Part shown: one piece after another, positions 41,722-50,402 of the stretch | Numbering within the stretch: position 1 is the stretch's first letter | Layout: each line of letters starts with the position of its first letter | NCBI GenBank assembly: GCA_050246315.1 | Contig: JBFWWG010000010.1 | Coordinates: 32,001-96,000, forward strand | Length of the DNA: 64,000 bases | Source of the DNA: Nitrospiraceae bacterium | Lineage (GTDB): Bacteria > Nitrospirota > Nitrospiria > Nitrospirales > Nitrospiraceae | Direction of reading: 5' to 3' | Translations under genes and position numbers: made by a program | Notes under the pieces: model-generated | Told to the model about the DNA's origin: nothing | The model's input: the letters and a program-made list of their open reading frames with translations, nothing else | Database searches by the model: none

Positions 41722-41903
41722 GGCGTTCAGTTGTGAGATTCGCCTCGGACCCGACGCGTAACTATACGGTTCTACGCGCGAAGCCGTCAAGCAACCGACT
41801 TGCTGTGGGGCTCAATTCCGGCCGAGGTGGCCCAGTCGCCCCAATAAACCGTGTGCGCACTGGGCCTTTCAGGGAACGACCCGACTGAGGGGTTATTGAA
41901 ACT

Positions 41904-42494
41904 CTACTTGATGTGACTGCCGGCTCCCATAAAGAACAACATAGGGATCGAGAGCATGAAGTTCACCCGGGAAGCGAGCAACGCCGTCCGGCCCCAGGCG
42001 GCCATCTCCGGCGGCGGTGGCGGACCACCGGCCGCAGCTTGGGACACCGCGGCAATGATCCTCTTCTGATTCGGCCAGATGATGGCGTGTACATTGGCCA
42101 TCATGATGATCCCGAGCAACCCGCCGATGCCCAGTGCGTAGGCTCCTGTCCCGCCCTTAGAGTAGAGCCAGAAGTAGAGCACCAGCCCGGCCAAGACCGT
42201 AACGGTCGCACCATGTCGAAACCAGTTCAACGCGGCTGGCATGAGCTTCGGGATCACAATGTTCTTCGTCGGTCCGTCCAGGCTCTTCAGAAATGCCGCG
42301 TTGATCAGGTTGAAAAAATACAACAGACCGATCCAGGTGATACCGGCCAGAAAATGGATCCAGCGAAACACGATGCCCAACCAATCGGCATCCCCCGCTC
42401 CCACGCCGGCCATGCCTAGGAACACGACTATGAGGACGACCGAGAGGCCGACGCCGGCCCACAGGGTCTGATAGGGATCTTCGAGAAACTTCAT
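41904..42494 (-). CDS. Membrane protein of the urate oxidase N-terminal (PuuD-like) family, no cytochrome c domain
   Basis: RWIHFLAGITWIGLLYFFN, WFRHGA, IMMANV..IIWPNQ, SR.N..LSIP. Confidence 0.75.
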   Translation of the reverse strand: MKFLEDPYQTLWAGVGLSVVLIVVFLGMAGVGAGDADWLGIVFRWIHFLAGITWIGLLYFFNLINAAFLKSLDGPTKNIVIPKLMPAALNWFRHGATVTVLAGLVLYFWLYSKGGTGAYALGIGGLLGIIMMANVHAIIWPNQKRIIAAVSQAAAGGPPPPPEMAAWGRTALLASRVNFMLSIPMLFFMGAGSHIK

Positions 42495-42588
42495 AACGCC
42501 ACCGCCTTTCAGGTTAAGTACTTCATCGCAGTCTGTACTCCATGCTCATCAACAATGTCAAGCCGCTGCCTCCCAAGGATCGGCGGCG

Positions 42589-43521
42589 TCAGGCCATCAG
42601 GCGATCGACCGCGTCGCACAATTCGCGGACGGCACGGGCGGACGTGCTCAACGCCGCGCGCTCGTCTGGCGCAAGATCGAATTCGACGACCCGTTCGGCC
42701 CCGCCCCGGCCGAGTTGCACCGGAACCCCCACGATGTCCCGCAGCCCATATTCCCCCTCGCACTTGACCGAACAGGGCAAGATCCGCTTCTGGTCCTTCA
42801 CGATGGCTTCCACCATCTCGACGGCCGCGGCCGAAGGGGCGTAGAACGCGCTGCCGGTTTTCAGCAAATTGACGATCTCGGCGCCGCCGTCCTGCGTGCG
42901 TTTCACCAAGGCTTCAAGCCGGTCTTTCGGGAGCAATTCGGTGATCGGCCGCCCAGCCACCGTCGTATGGCGCAGGAGCGGCACCATCGTATCTCCATGC
43001 CCTCCCAACACCATGGCATGGATCTCAGCGGGCGAGACGCCCACTTCCATTGAAATGAACCGACGGAATCGGGCCGAGTCTAAGACGCCGGCCATACCCA
43101 GCACGCGTTGCCTTGGAAACCGGCTCACGTTCAAGGCCACATGAACCATCGCATCCAGTGGGTTGGTGACCATGACCAGATAGGTCTGCGGCGACCGGGC
43201 AACGATCTGCTCAACCACGCCCTTGACGATCCTGGCGTTGGTCGAAAGAAGTTCGTCCCGACTCATGCCGGGCTTCCTCGCGATGCCGGACGTGATAACG
43301 GCGACGGCCGATCCATTGGTGGCCTCATAGTTGTTCGCGCCCGTCACGACTGCATCGTGACCATACATGGCGCCGGCCTGCATCAAATCGAGCGCCTTGC
43401 CCTGCGGCATGCCCTCGACAACATCCACCAACACCACGTCGTAGGCATTCCGTTCGGCCAGCCGCTGAGCGACCGTCCCTCCGACATTCCCCGCTCCCAC
43501 TACCGTGATTTTCGGTCTCAT
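42589..43521 (-). CDS. mdh: Malate dehydrogenase (LDH-like)
   Basis: [31 protein letters not shown]. Confidence 0.95.
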   Translation of the reverse strand: MRPKITVVGAGNVGGTVAQRLAERNAYDVVLVDVVEGMPQGKALDLMQAGAMYGHDAVVTGANNYEATNGSAVAVITSGIARKPGMSRDELLSTNARIVKGVVEQIVARSPQTYLVMVTNPLDAMVHVALNVSRFPRQRVLGMAGVLDSARFRRFISMEVGVSPAEIHAMVLGGHGDTMVPLLRHTTVAGRPITELLPKDRLEALVKRTQDGGAEIVNLLKTGSAFYAPSAAAVEMVEAIVKDQKRILPCSVKCEGEYGLRDIVGVPVQLGRGGAERVVEFDLAPDERAALSTSARAVRELCDAVDRLMA

Positions 43522-43616
43522 ATGAACCTCTCTGTCAGGCATCGCCCGTCATTCAGTGAAGCTGTGGTTTACCCGGCTGACGATCGACGAGTTGACCATG
43601 GACGCGTTCGCGTGAA

Positions 43617-43715
43617 CCCTCATGATTCACGAGCGTTCGTGACGTTTCTCCCGTTGCAGCGCAGAGCAATGGGTCGCACGACAGTTGCAGTCGAAGGAAT
43701 CGTGAATCATGCGGG
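43617..43715. mobile_element. IS1380-like MITE, copy 3 (99 bp, reverse orientation, internally deleted)
   Basis: IR CCCTCATGATTCACGA/TCGTGAATCATGCGGG; CTAA flank on minus strand; shares ACCCATTGCTCT with copy 1. Confidence 0.7.
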
Positions 43716-44126
43716 TTAGTGCGCCTCGTGCTCCGTCCAGCCAGCCACCTTGAAATTGATGGTGCACACGAAGTTCTCACCGTCGTAGAAATTCACCTTG
43801 ATCTTTTTCTTGCCGTAGCGCTCGGCCAGAAACTCCTCCGGCGCGTCGATTAAGCCTTGATACAGGCCCGGCTCATAACTGCCCAATTCGACAAAGGTGA
43901 CGATCATCCCGCTTTTCACTTCCTGAAGAATCTTGGCCCAACAACGCGGGTAGACTTCCCAGAATTTGGCATCGATCTCTTCGCGGGTTGGCTCGCGCCG
44001 TTCTTCTCCCGGCTTCACATCGCGGTTGGCAAATTTAGCCAATCGCCTGACATAGGGATACTGCTGGCCGGTGAACAGCTTATAGATCCACTGCGGCACA
44101 TCCCGTTTGGTCGTATCAGCGGTCAT
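43716..44126 (-). CDS. Hypothetical protein
   Basis: Clean ORF with RBS GGAG, in the same-strand run between the VWA gene and mdh. Confidence 0.8.
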   Translation of the reverse strand: MTADTTKRDVPQWIYKLFTGQQYPYVRRLAKFANRDVKPGEERREPTREEIDAKFWEVYPRCWAKILQEVKSGMIVTFVELGSYEPGLYQGLIDAPEEFLAERYGKKKIKVNFYDGENFVCTINFKVAGWTEHEAH

Positions 44127-44227
44127 TCGATCTCCGGGCGCGTGCCGACCGTGGATTACTGATCCAATCGACTTGCCGCATGATCCGATAGAGTCGTCCT
44201 ATTACCATCTTGATGTCCACGCAGACG

Positions 44228-47200
44228 TTACGACGTCAATCGGTGATACACCCGCGGCAACCGTTCCGGCAAGCCCTGGACATCGTCAATGACCACATAC
44301 CTCACCTCTCCGTACATGCGGCGCAGATACCCCTCCGCCTCTCGGTCCACCGTGATGCAAAAGGGCACGATCCCCTTTGCGGTCGCTTCGCGGAGGGCCA
44401 TCTTGGTATCCTCAAGAGCGTACTCCTCGGCATAGTGATCGTCCAACGGGCGTCCGTCGCTGAGCAGCACGAGCAACTGCACCCGCGCCTCCGTGAGCTT
44501 GAGCTTGGCCGCCGCATGCCGAATAGCCGCTCCATCGCGATTCTGATACATCGGCTGCACCGCTCCGATGCGACCCGCGACCCGGGACCGATTCTGCTCA
44601 TCAAAGTTCTTGAGCACCACGAAATCGACGTCCTGCCGGCCCCGTCCGGAGAATCCGTACAGCGCATACTCGTCTCCGATGGCCTCCAACGCCTCACAGA
44701 GCAAGACCAGCCCGGCCTTCTCGACATCGATGACACGACGTCCATCCTCTGCGATGGTCCGCCCGGTAGACCCGCTCAGGTCCACAAGAAAGGCCACCGC
44801 CACGCTGCGATCTTGCCGATCCCGCCGGATGTACAGACGATCCGTCGGATCGGCGCCTGCAGCAAGGTCGGCGCGCACGGAAACCGCAGCATCCAGATCC
44901 ACATCGTCGCCATAGGTCTGCCCCCGAACCTGGCGAAACGCCGGCGGACGGATGCCTTCAAAATAGCGCCTGAGGACGCGAATGGCCGCGCCATGCTCAC
45001 TCAAGACCGTTTCCACGAAGTCCGCATCTTCCGAGGCCTGTCGTCGCTCGCGGAGGCAACACCAGCGCGAACGATAATCCCTGATCGTGCCGTCCCATTC
45101 GTCATAGTGATAGGTCCCGGCGTCGATTGCTCCCTGCTCCCAGCGAGGCTGTCGCTTGTCTTCGATGGCAGTTACCTCGTCGGCTGAGTGATCGGGCGCC
45201 GCATGCGAGTCAGCCAGCCCCCGCTCGGTCCGTGTCAGGTCGCGCGTCTGATGCTCGGTTGCACGTTGCCTTGAACTCGCGACCTCCTTCCCATTCGATT
45301 CACTCTTCCCCCGGTCGGGTTGGTCGCCCCCGCCCGCCTCGGCCCGCTGCTCATCTGCCCCGATGAACTCCGGTCGCATCCCTCCGCGATAGGACCAATT
45401 GTCGATCGGTTGATAGGCATCGGTGATGGTCTCCGAGGCCTGTTGCCCTCCGACCATCGGCTCTACCGCACTCTCCTGGGGACGATGGTCCGGCGCCTCC
45501 TCCGATGCTGCAGCGGCCGTCCTGAGGAGCTCGTCCATTCTCACGTAAACCTGGTCGATAATTCGTATGACATCGCCGGCCGTGACCTGCTCGGCAAGCA
45601 CCGCACGACCAAGCCCCCAACAGTCCGCCACAACCTGCCGTATCGCGTCTGAAATCGATACATCGGATATCCCGCTCGATGCGAGCAGGATGGCATCAAG
45701 CACCATCTCGCGCATCGACATCCCGTGCGTCAACGAACGCAAGGACAGCGCAGCCTTGGTCGCCGCGTCGAGATCGGCGCGCAAGCCTGGATATTCGACG
45801 CGCAGACGCCCTTCGATCCGGGCATCTTCAAGAATCGTCCACAGGTCCCGGATCACGCCCGGCTGGGGATACAGGGCGAAGAAATCGACCAGGGTGCGCG
45901 GGGTCGACTTCGCCTCCTGCGCCGAACGGCCATACCGTGCCGCAACGGTCTCGGCAAGGTCGCCCAATTCCGCCATGGCCAGATCATAGGTACCGAATTC
46001 GAGATGTCCCGCTTCATGCGCCACCATGACAAGATAGGCGCGCCGATTGGCCTCGCGATCTGACTCCCGACGCATCACGGACGGGAGGTAGATGGTTCGA
46101 CCGTCAGCACTGACGGTAGCCCGAGCACGGGGCATTGCAGGCTGCCCTCTGCCGCTGGTCCCTGCCGCACCGTCGGGCAATGGCTCAACCCTGACATTCC
46201 GTCCACAGAGCGCCTGCGCAAACAGGGTGAGCGATCGCGCCACCTGGCGAAGCGGCACTCCACTCTGCGCTTCCTCCAAGGAGGCGAGAGCCTTGCTCGT
46301 CTCCAACGCAAAATACGCCCTGGCTCCCTCCACACTGTAGGCCAACACCTCCATCCCGCTCTTGAACCAAGCTTCGAACACCTGCCATGCATGATCGTCC
46401 GTTCCAACCAGCCCCGCCATGCCGGAGCAGCGACGCAGGTAGGCCTGCGCAACGCTCGCATCCCGTTCCGCCACCAGCAGACCGTACTGCAACATACGTG
46501 GCTGCCAGCCGGCCGGAATCGGTTGCAACAATGCCGGGGCCTCGGCCAGGACCTCCAACGCCAGTTGCGGATCCTGCTCGGCCAACGTCCCGGCGATCCG
46601 GATGATCAATCGCCGTGCGGTCGCTTCCGGAAGATCTTCCAGCAGTGCGGGGGTCGTACGGAAGAACTCCAGCGTCGCCATGTAATCCGGCTTGCCGAAC
46701 TGATTGATCGTGATCAGCTTGAGGGCCAAACTGGTCCAGCTTCGCAGATCTTCCAACTCGATGACTTTGACGATTTTCGGACTCTCCCGGAAAAACTCGC
46801 CGCCGAGCACATAGTTCACGTCGCTCAGTTCCAACCCCTGATCGACCCATTGCACGAGTTGTTCGTGAGACAGAGCCCCCATCAATTCCGGCGCCACTCG
46901 TAGAAACTCCAAGGTCATCCCGGGATCTCGTTCGACCAGCTCCAGGCCCATCGTCAGGACGCGCAGGCGATCGTCTCTGGACGACATCAACCCCAAGAGT
47001 AAGGGACTCTCTTTGGCATACTTGAGTGCCGAAGCGCCTGAGGATTCCGCCATGCCGACTGCCAAGTCGAGCCAGGGGCCAAGATCGTCCAGGCCGACTC
47101 GACGGTGAAGCTCAGGCAGCGCCTCGGTCGCCGCACGGGCCACTTTCGGAGATGCGTCCTCCAATTCCTGAAGCAACGCCGTGGCGGCCGACGCCAGCCC

Positions 47201-47305
47201 CAGCCGCTCGATCTCAGCTTCCAACGTGGCGATGAGTGCTCCATCCAGGCAAACAGCCAGGGATTGCGTCAGCCGATCTCGCCATGAGCTCCCTGAAACT
47301 GCCAT
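44228..47305 (-). CDS. Large VWA-domain protein (NorD/CbbO-like)
   Basis: YDEWD, GDDVDLDA, MIDAS DLSGS, NRDGAAIRHA, LSDGRP; HEAGH and LEDARIE in the middle; helical N-terminal repeats. Confidence 0.88.
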   Translation of the reverse strand: MAVSGSSWRDRLTQSLAVCLDGALIATLEAEIERLGLASAATALLQELEDASPKVARAATEALPELHRRVGLDDLGPWLDLAVGMAESSGASALKYAKESPLLLGLMSSRDDRLRVLTMGLELVERDPGMTLEFLRVAPELMGALSHEQLVQWVDQGLELSDVNYVLGGEFFRESPKIVKVIELEDLRSWTSLALKLITINQFGKPDYMATLEFFRTTPALLEDLPEATARRLIIRIAGTLAEQDPQLALEVLAEAPALLQPIPAGWQPRMLQYGLLVAERDASVAQAYLRRCSGMAGLVGTDDHAWQVFEAWFKSGMEVLAYSVEGARAYFALETSKALASLEEAQSGVPLRQVARSLTLFAQALCGRNVRVEPLPDGAAGTSGRGQPAMPRARATVSADGRTIYLPSVMRRESDREANRRAYLVMVAHEAGHLEFGTYDLAMAELGDLAETVAARYGRSAQEAKSTPRTLVDFFALYPQPGVIRDLWTILEDARIEGRLRVEYPGLRADLDAATKAALSLRSLTHGMSMREMVLDAILLASSGISDVSISDAIRQVVADCWGLGRAVLAEQVTAGDVIRIIDQVYVRMDELLRTAAAASEEAPDHRPQESAVEPMVGGQQASETITDAYQPIDNWSYRGGMRPEFIGADEQRAEAGGGDQPDRGKSESNGKEVASSRQRATEHQTRDLTRTERGLADSHAAPDHSADEVTAIEDKRQPRWEQGAIDAGTYHYDEWDGTIRDYRSRWCCLRERRQASEDADFVETVLSEHGAAIRVLRRYFEGIRPPAFRQVRGQTYGDDVDLDAAVSVRADLAAGADPTDRLYIRRDRQDRSVAVAFLVDLSGSTGRTIAEDGRRVIDVEKAGLVLLCEALEAIGDEYALYGFSGRGRQDVDFVVLKNFDEQNRSRVAGRIGAVQPMYQNRDGAAIRHAAAKLKLTEARVQLLVLLSDGRPLDDHYAEEYALEDTKMALREATAKGIVPFCITVDREAEGYLRRMYGEVRYVVIDDVQGLPERLPRVYHRLTS

Positions 47306-47442
47306 GTGGCCTGGGTCTCCTTACTCCTGTGGGCTTGCACCGGAAGGGGAAGGAAATGATTGTAAAGGAGGGCATTCCGCTTGTAAACTTCAAGGATCGC
47401 GTCCCACGGCGCCGTGTCGCATCAACAATGAGGCCGCAGACC

Positions 47443-47883
47443 ATGGCAGGACCGACCCAGACCAGTCTCGACAAGATGTGGAAATTCGCGAAGGGCTTCG
47501 CGGAAAAGAGCGGGACGACATTCCATCCAACGCCGGCCGTCACGGAAGCCGTCATCAAGGGCTTGGCAGCCCATGTCGATGAACTCGGCAGGCCCCTCTG
47601 TCCCTGCAACTTCTACCAGGACAAGCAGGCCGAGGTGAAGCTTCGGCGCTGGATCTGCGCCTGCGACGAAATGCAGATCTATAAATACTGCCACTGTCTG
47701 CTGTTCGTGAACGAGGAAGGCATGCCGATCACGGAGTACCTGCCGGAGGATCACGAAGGACGCCAGGTCTACGGCCTCATCCCCGATCCCGCCCCGACCA
47801 AAGGCCGCGCGCTAAAACACAAGACGCAGCAATCGACACCCATCCCAGCGGCTGTAGAACAATCAGGCGTGTTGCATTCCTAG
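47443..47883 (+). CDS. Ferredoxin-thioredoxin reductase catalytic subunit family protein
   Basis: LCPC, ICAC, YCHCLLF. Confidence 0.88.
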   Translation: MAGPTQTSLDKMWKFAKGFAEKSGTTFHPTPAVTEAVIKGLAAHVDELGRPLCPCNFYQDKQAEVKLRRWICACDEMQIYKYCHCLLFVNEEGMPITEYLPEDHEGRQVYGLIPDPAPTKGRALKHKTQQSTPIPAAVEQSGVLHS

Positions 47884-48068
47884 CCACGGTCGGTGCGGCC
47901 CGTCCACATGAAAAGTACCCTGCGTCCTGCAGCGCATTGCAGGATTTTCTCGCAGGTCACATCCCAACAGTTACAATGAGGCGGAAGGGCCGGCCCAGGT
48001 ACGCGCCTGCAACGAGCAGTGCCTCACTAGGAGATTCCCACCTTATTGACGCTCAGCTCTCGAACCGA

Positions 48069-48316
48069 GATGGTCTGAGTGGCTTCCACTGCGCGCATCG
48101 AGCCGTGCCATAAATGTTCACTCAAAGCTTGCTCGTGCTACTTCCCTGGAAGGGCACTCGTACTGGTCCTACTGCGGCCGTCACGACCCGTTGCACATAA
48201 GAGAAAACGCAACGGATCCCCCGGCGCTTTCTGAAGCGCGGCCTCCGGGAGCAAGGGATCGGTACGAGTGCCTTCCCCCTCTGATCGCGCGGGCTCCGGG
48301 AGCACCCGAGACCATC
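48069..48316. repeat. Structured dispersed intergenic repeat, copy A
   Basis: Terminal IR GATGGTCT/AGACCATC; inner stem 48148-48163/48262-48276; motifs shared in reverse with 63170-63330. Confidence 0.7.
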
Positions 48317-48337
48317 ACGGGCTGACCCGCCTTCGAC

Positions 48338-48796
48338 TTACTGCCACCCTGACACCTCATACCCCTTCTCCGCCAAACAGCGATTGACGACGTTCACGTA
48401 GGCTTGGTTGGGCGCGGATGAGCCGAACATCCATCCGAATAATCCACTCAACAGCCCCCAGACAAACCCCGACACGGCTCCCACCGCTGCCCCGATGCCC
48501 GGGGAGCCGGAGATCGCGCCGCCTACGGCCCCGCCTGCCGCCCCGGCCCCGGCGCCGATCACCGCGCTGCCCGCCGTGCGGCCCGCCGCGCCAGTTCCTT
48601 CCTCGGCTCCAGCCTTTTCGGCGACGACGCGGCAGTCCTGAATGTCCTTTTCGGCCGTCTCTTCCCCCGCTGACTGCAAATGGGCGTTCGGATAGAGAAT
48701 CGGTCTTGGACCGGAACAACCGAGCAAGCCGTTGAGAATCGAGCAGAGGCAGAGGACACTCACAGCCTGCGACCATGGATATGTTGTATGCGTCAT
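48338..48796 (-). CDS. Glycine-zipper lipoprotein
   Basis: LLGC lipobox, GAGAGAAGGAVGG repeats, C...CLAEKGY. Confidence 0.8.
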   Translation of the reverse strand: MTHTTYPWSQAVSVLCLCSILNGLLGCSGPRPILYPNAHLQSAGEETAEKDIQDCRVVAEKAGAEEGTGAAGRTAGSAVIGAGAGAAGGAVGGAISGSPGIGAAVGAVSGFVWGLLSGLFGWMFGSSAPNQAYVNVVNRCLAEKGYEVSGWQ

Positions 48797-49086
48797 AGTC
48801 GCAATTTTTCGATCAGCGAGTGAGCCGGTAACCCTTTGAGCAGGATCTGTTTTCGCCTCGCGGTAGATCCGGAGCGAATGACGATCGACCCTGATGAGAT
48901 CCCGCAAGTCTTGGCCAAAAAACGAATCAGTGCCTCGTTGGCCGCACCATCCACCGGCGGCGCCGCGACTCTTATCTTCAGCGCGTCGCCGTGAGGCCCG
49001 ACACATTCCGTACGTGATGCATTCGGCTGCACATGGACCGTCAACACCGCCCCTTGAGCGGTCTCGTGAATGAAGCCGGTGCTCAT
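48793..49086 (-). CDS. DUF167/YggU family protein
   Basis: VHVQPNAS, LKIRVAAPPVDGAAN, SG.TAR.K. Confidence 0.9.
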   Translation of the reverse strand: MSTGFIHETAQGAVLTVHVQPNASRTECVGPHGDALKIRVAAPPVDGAANEALIRFLAKTCGISSGSIVIRSGSTARRKQILLKGLPAHSLIEKLRL

Positions 49087-49453
49087 GAAAACCGGTGAAG
49101 ACATTCAGAGGAGCCGCACGATCTCGCGAAGTTCCTGGAGGCGCTTGACGAATACATCGAGGTGCGCGACCCACCTGCTTGAGCCGTGTCACTGCTTCCA
49201 CAGACGTTTGAAGATAGTCCAGATTTCCTGCTTCAGGGTCGTGGGGGGATCAAGAGCGGCCTTGGAACTGACCTCCAGCATGGTCGTGAAATTCTCAACC
49301 GTGTGGACGCCGATGGCCGCCTTGGCCTGGGTCAGGTACTGGATCAGATAATGGCCGGCTTCGAGATAGAGTGGGTAGTTGAACCTGGATGCTCGGCGCG
49401 AGGAGAGCGGTTGGCAGATGAATCGGTCGACGCATGGCGGCCCCGATGTCAGG

Positions 49454-50272
49454 TCAGAACACCGCTTTGATCAGCTCGCCGATCGTGCGCTGCATGTCCG
49501 CATCGTCGGTGATGGGACGGGCGATCGCGACGTCGCAGGCGCGACTCGGCTCGACGCCCTGCCGGATCAACGTGCCGGCGTAGACCAGCAGCCGGGTGCT
49601 GACGCCTTCCTCAAGCCCATGATGCTTCAGGTTACGCACTTTTTCACCCAGTTTCACGAGTGCACGCGCCATCTCGCCCGTGACCCCGGCCTCTCGCTCG
49701 ATGATGCGGGCCTCGACGGCTGCCACAGGATAGGTGAATTCGATCGCGACAAACCGCTGCTTGGTGCTCTGCTTCAAATCCTTGAGGACGCTTTGATAAC
49801 CGGGATTGTAGGAGATCACCAGGTGGAAGTCGTCGACGGCTTCAACGATCTGTCCCTTCTTTTCAATCGGCAGGAGGCGCCGGTCGTCGGTCAAGGGATG
49901 AATGATAACGGTGGTATCCTTCCGCGCCTCGACAATTTCGTCGAGGTAGACGATCGCACCGTGTTTCACGCCCAAGGTCAACGGACCGTCCCTCCACACC
50001 GTTTCTTGCCCGCGCAGAAGATAGCGGCCCACAAGATCGGAGGCCGTGAGGTCTTCGTGACAGGCGACGGTGATGAGCGGCCGTCCCAAACGGTGAGCCA
50101 TGTGCTGCACGAACCGGGTCTTTCCACAGCCGGTCGGTCCCTTGAGCATAACCGGCATGTGGTTCTGTGCCGCCGTCGCAAAGAGCCCCACCTCACCCTG
50201 CGACTCAAGATAGAAGGGCTCCTGCTCGATGCGGTATCGCTCGATCTCGAACTCGTGGCCTTTGTCGGTCAT
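49454..50272 (-). CDS. CbbQ/NirQ/NorQ family MoxR AAA+ ATPase
   Basis: [46 protein letters not shown]. Confidence 0.94.
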   Translation of the reverse strand: MTDKGHEFEIERYRIEQEPFYLESQGEVGLFATAAQNHMPVMLKGPTGCGKTRFVQHMAHRLGRPLITVACHEDLTASDLVGRYLLRGQETVWRDGPLTLGVKHGAIVYLDEIVEARKDTTVIIHPLTDDRRLLPIEKKGQIVEAVDDFHLVISYNPGYQSVLKDLKQSTKQRFVAIEFTYPVAAVEARIIEREAGVTGEMARALVKLGEKVRNLKHHGLEEGVSTRLLVYAGTLIRQGVEPSRACDVAIARPITDDADMQRTIGELIKAVF

Positions 50273-50402
50273 GTCGTCATCAATCGACTATGGATCGCGA
50301 GAAATCAGGCTGCCGATGGTCAGCACCTTAAACGGAAGACAGCGTGAAGATCAAGGGAGCGGCGGCGGCGCGGCCAACAAGCGGATGGGAATACGCCGGC
50401 GC

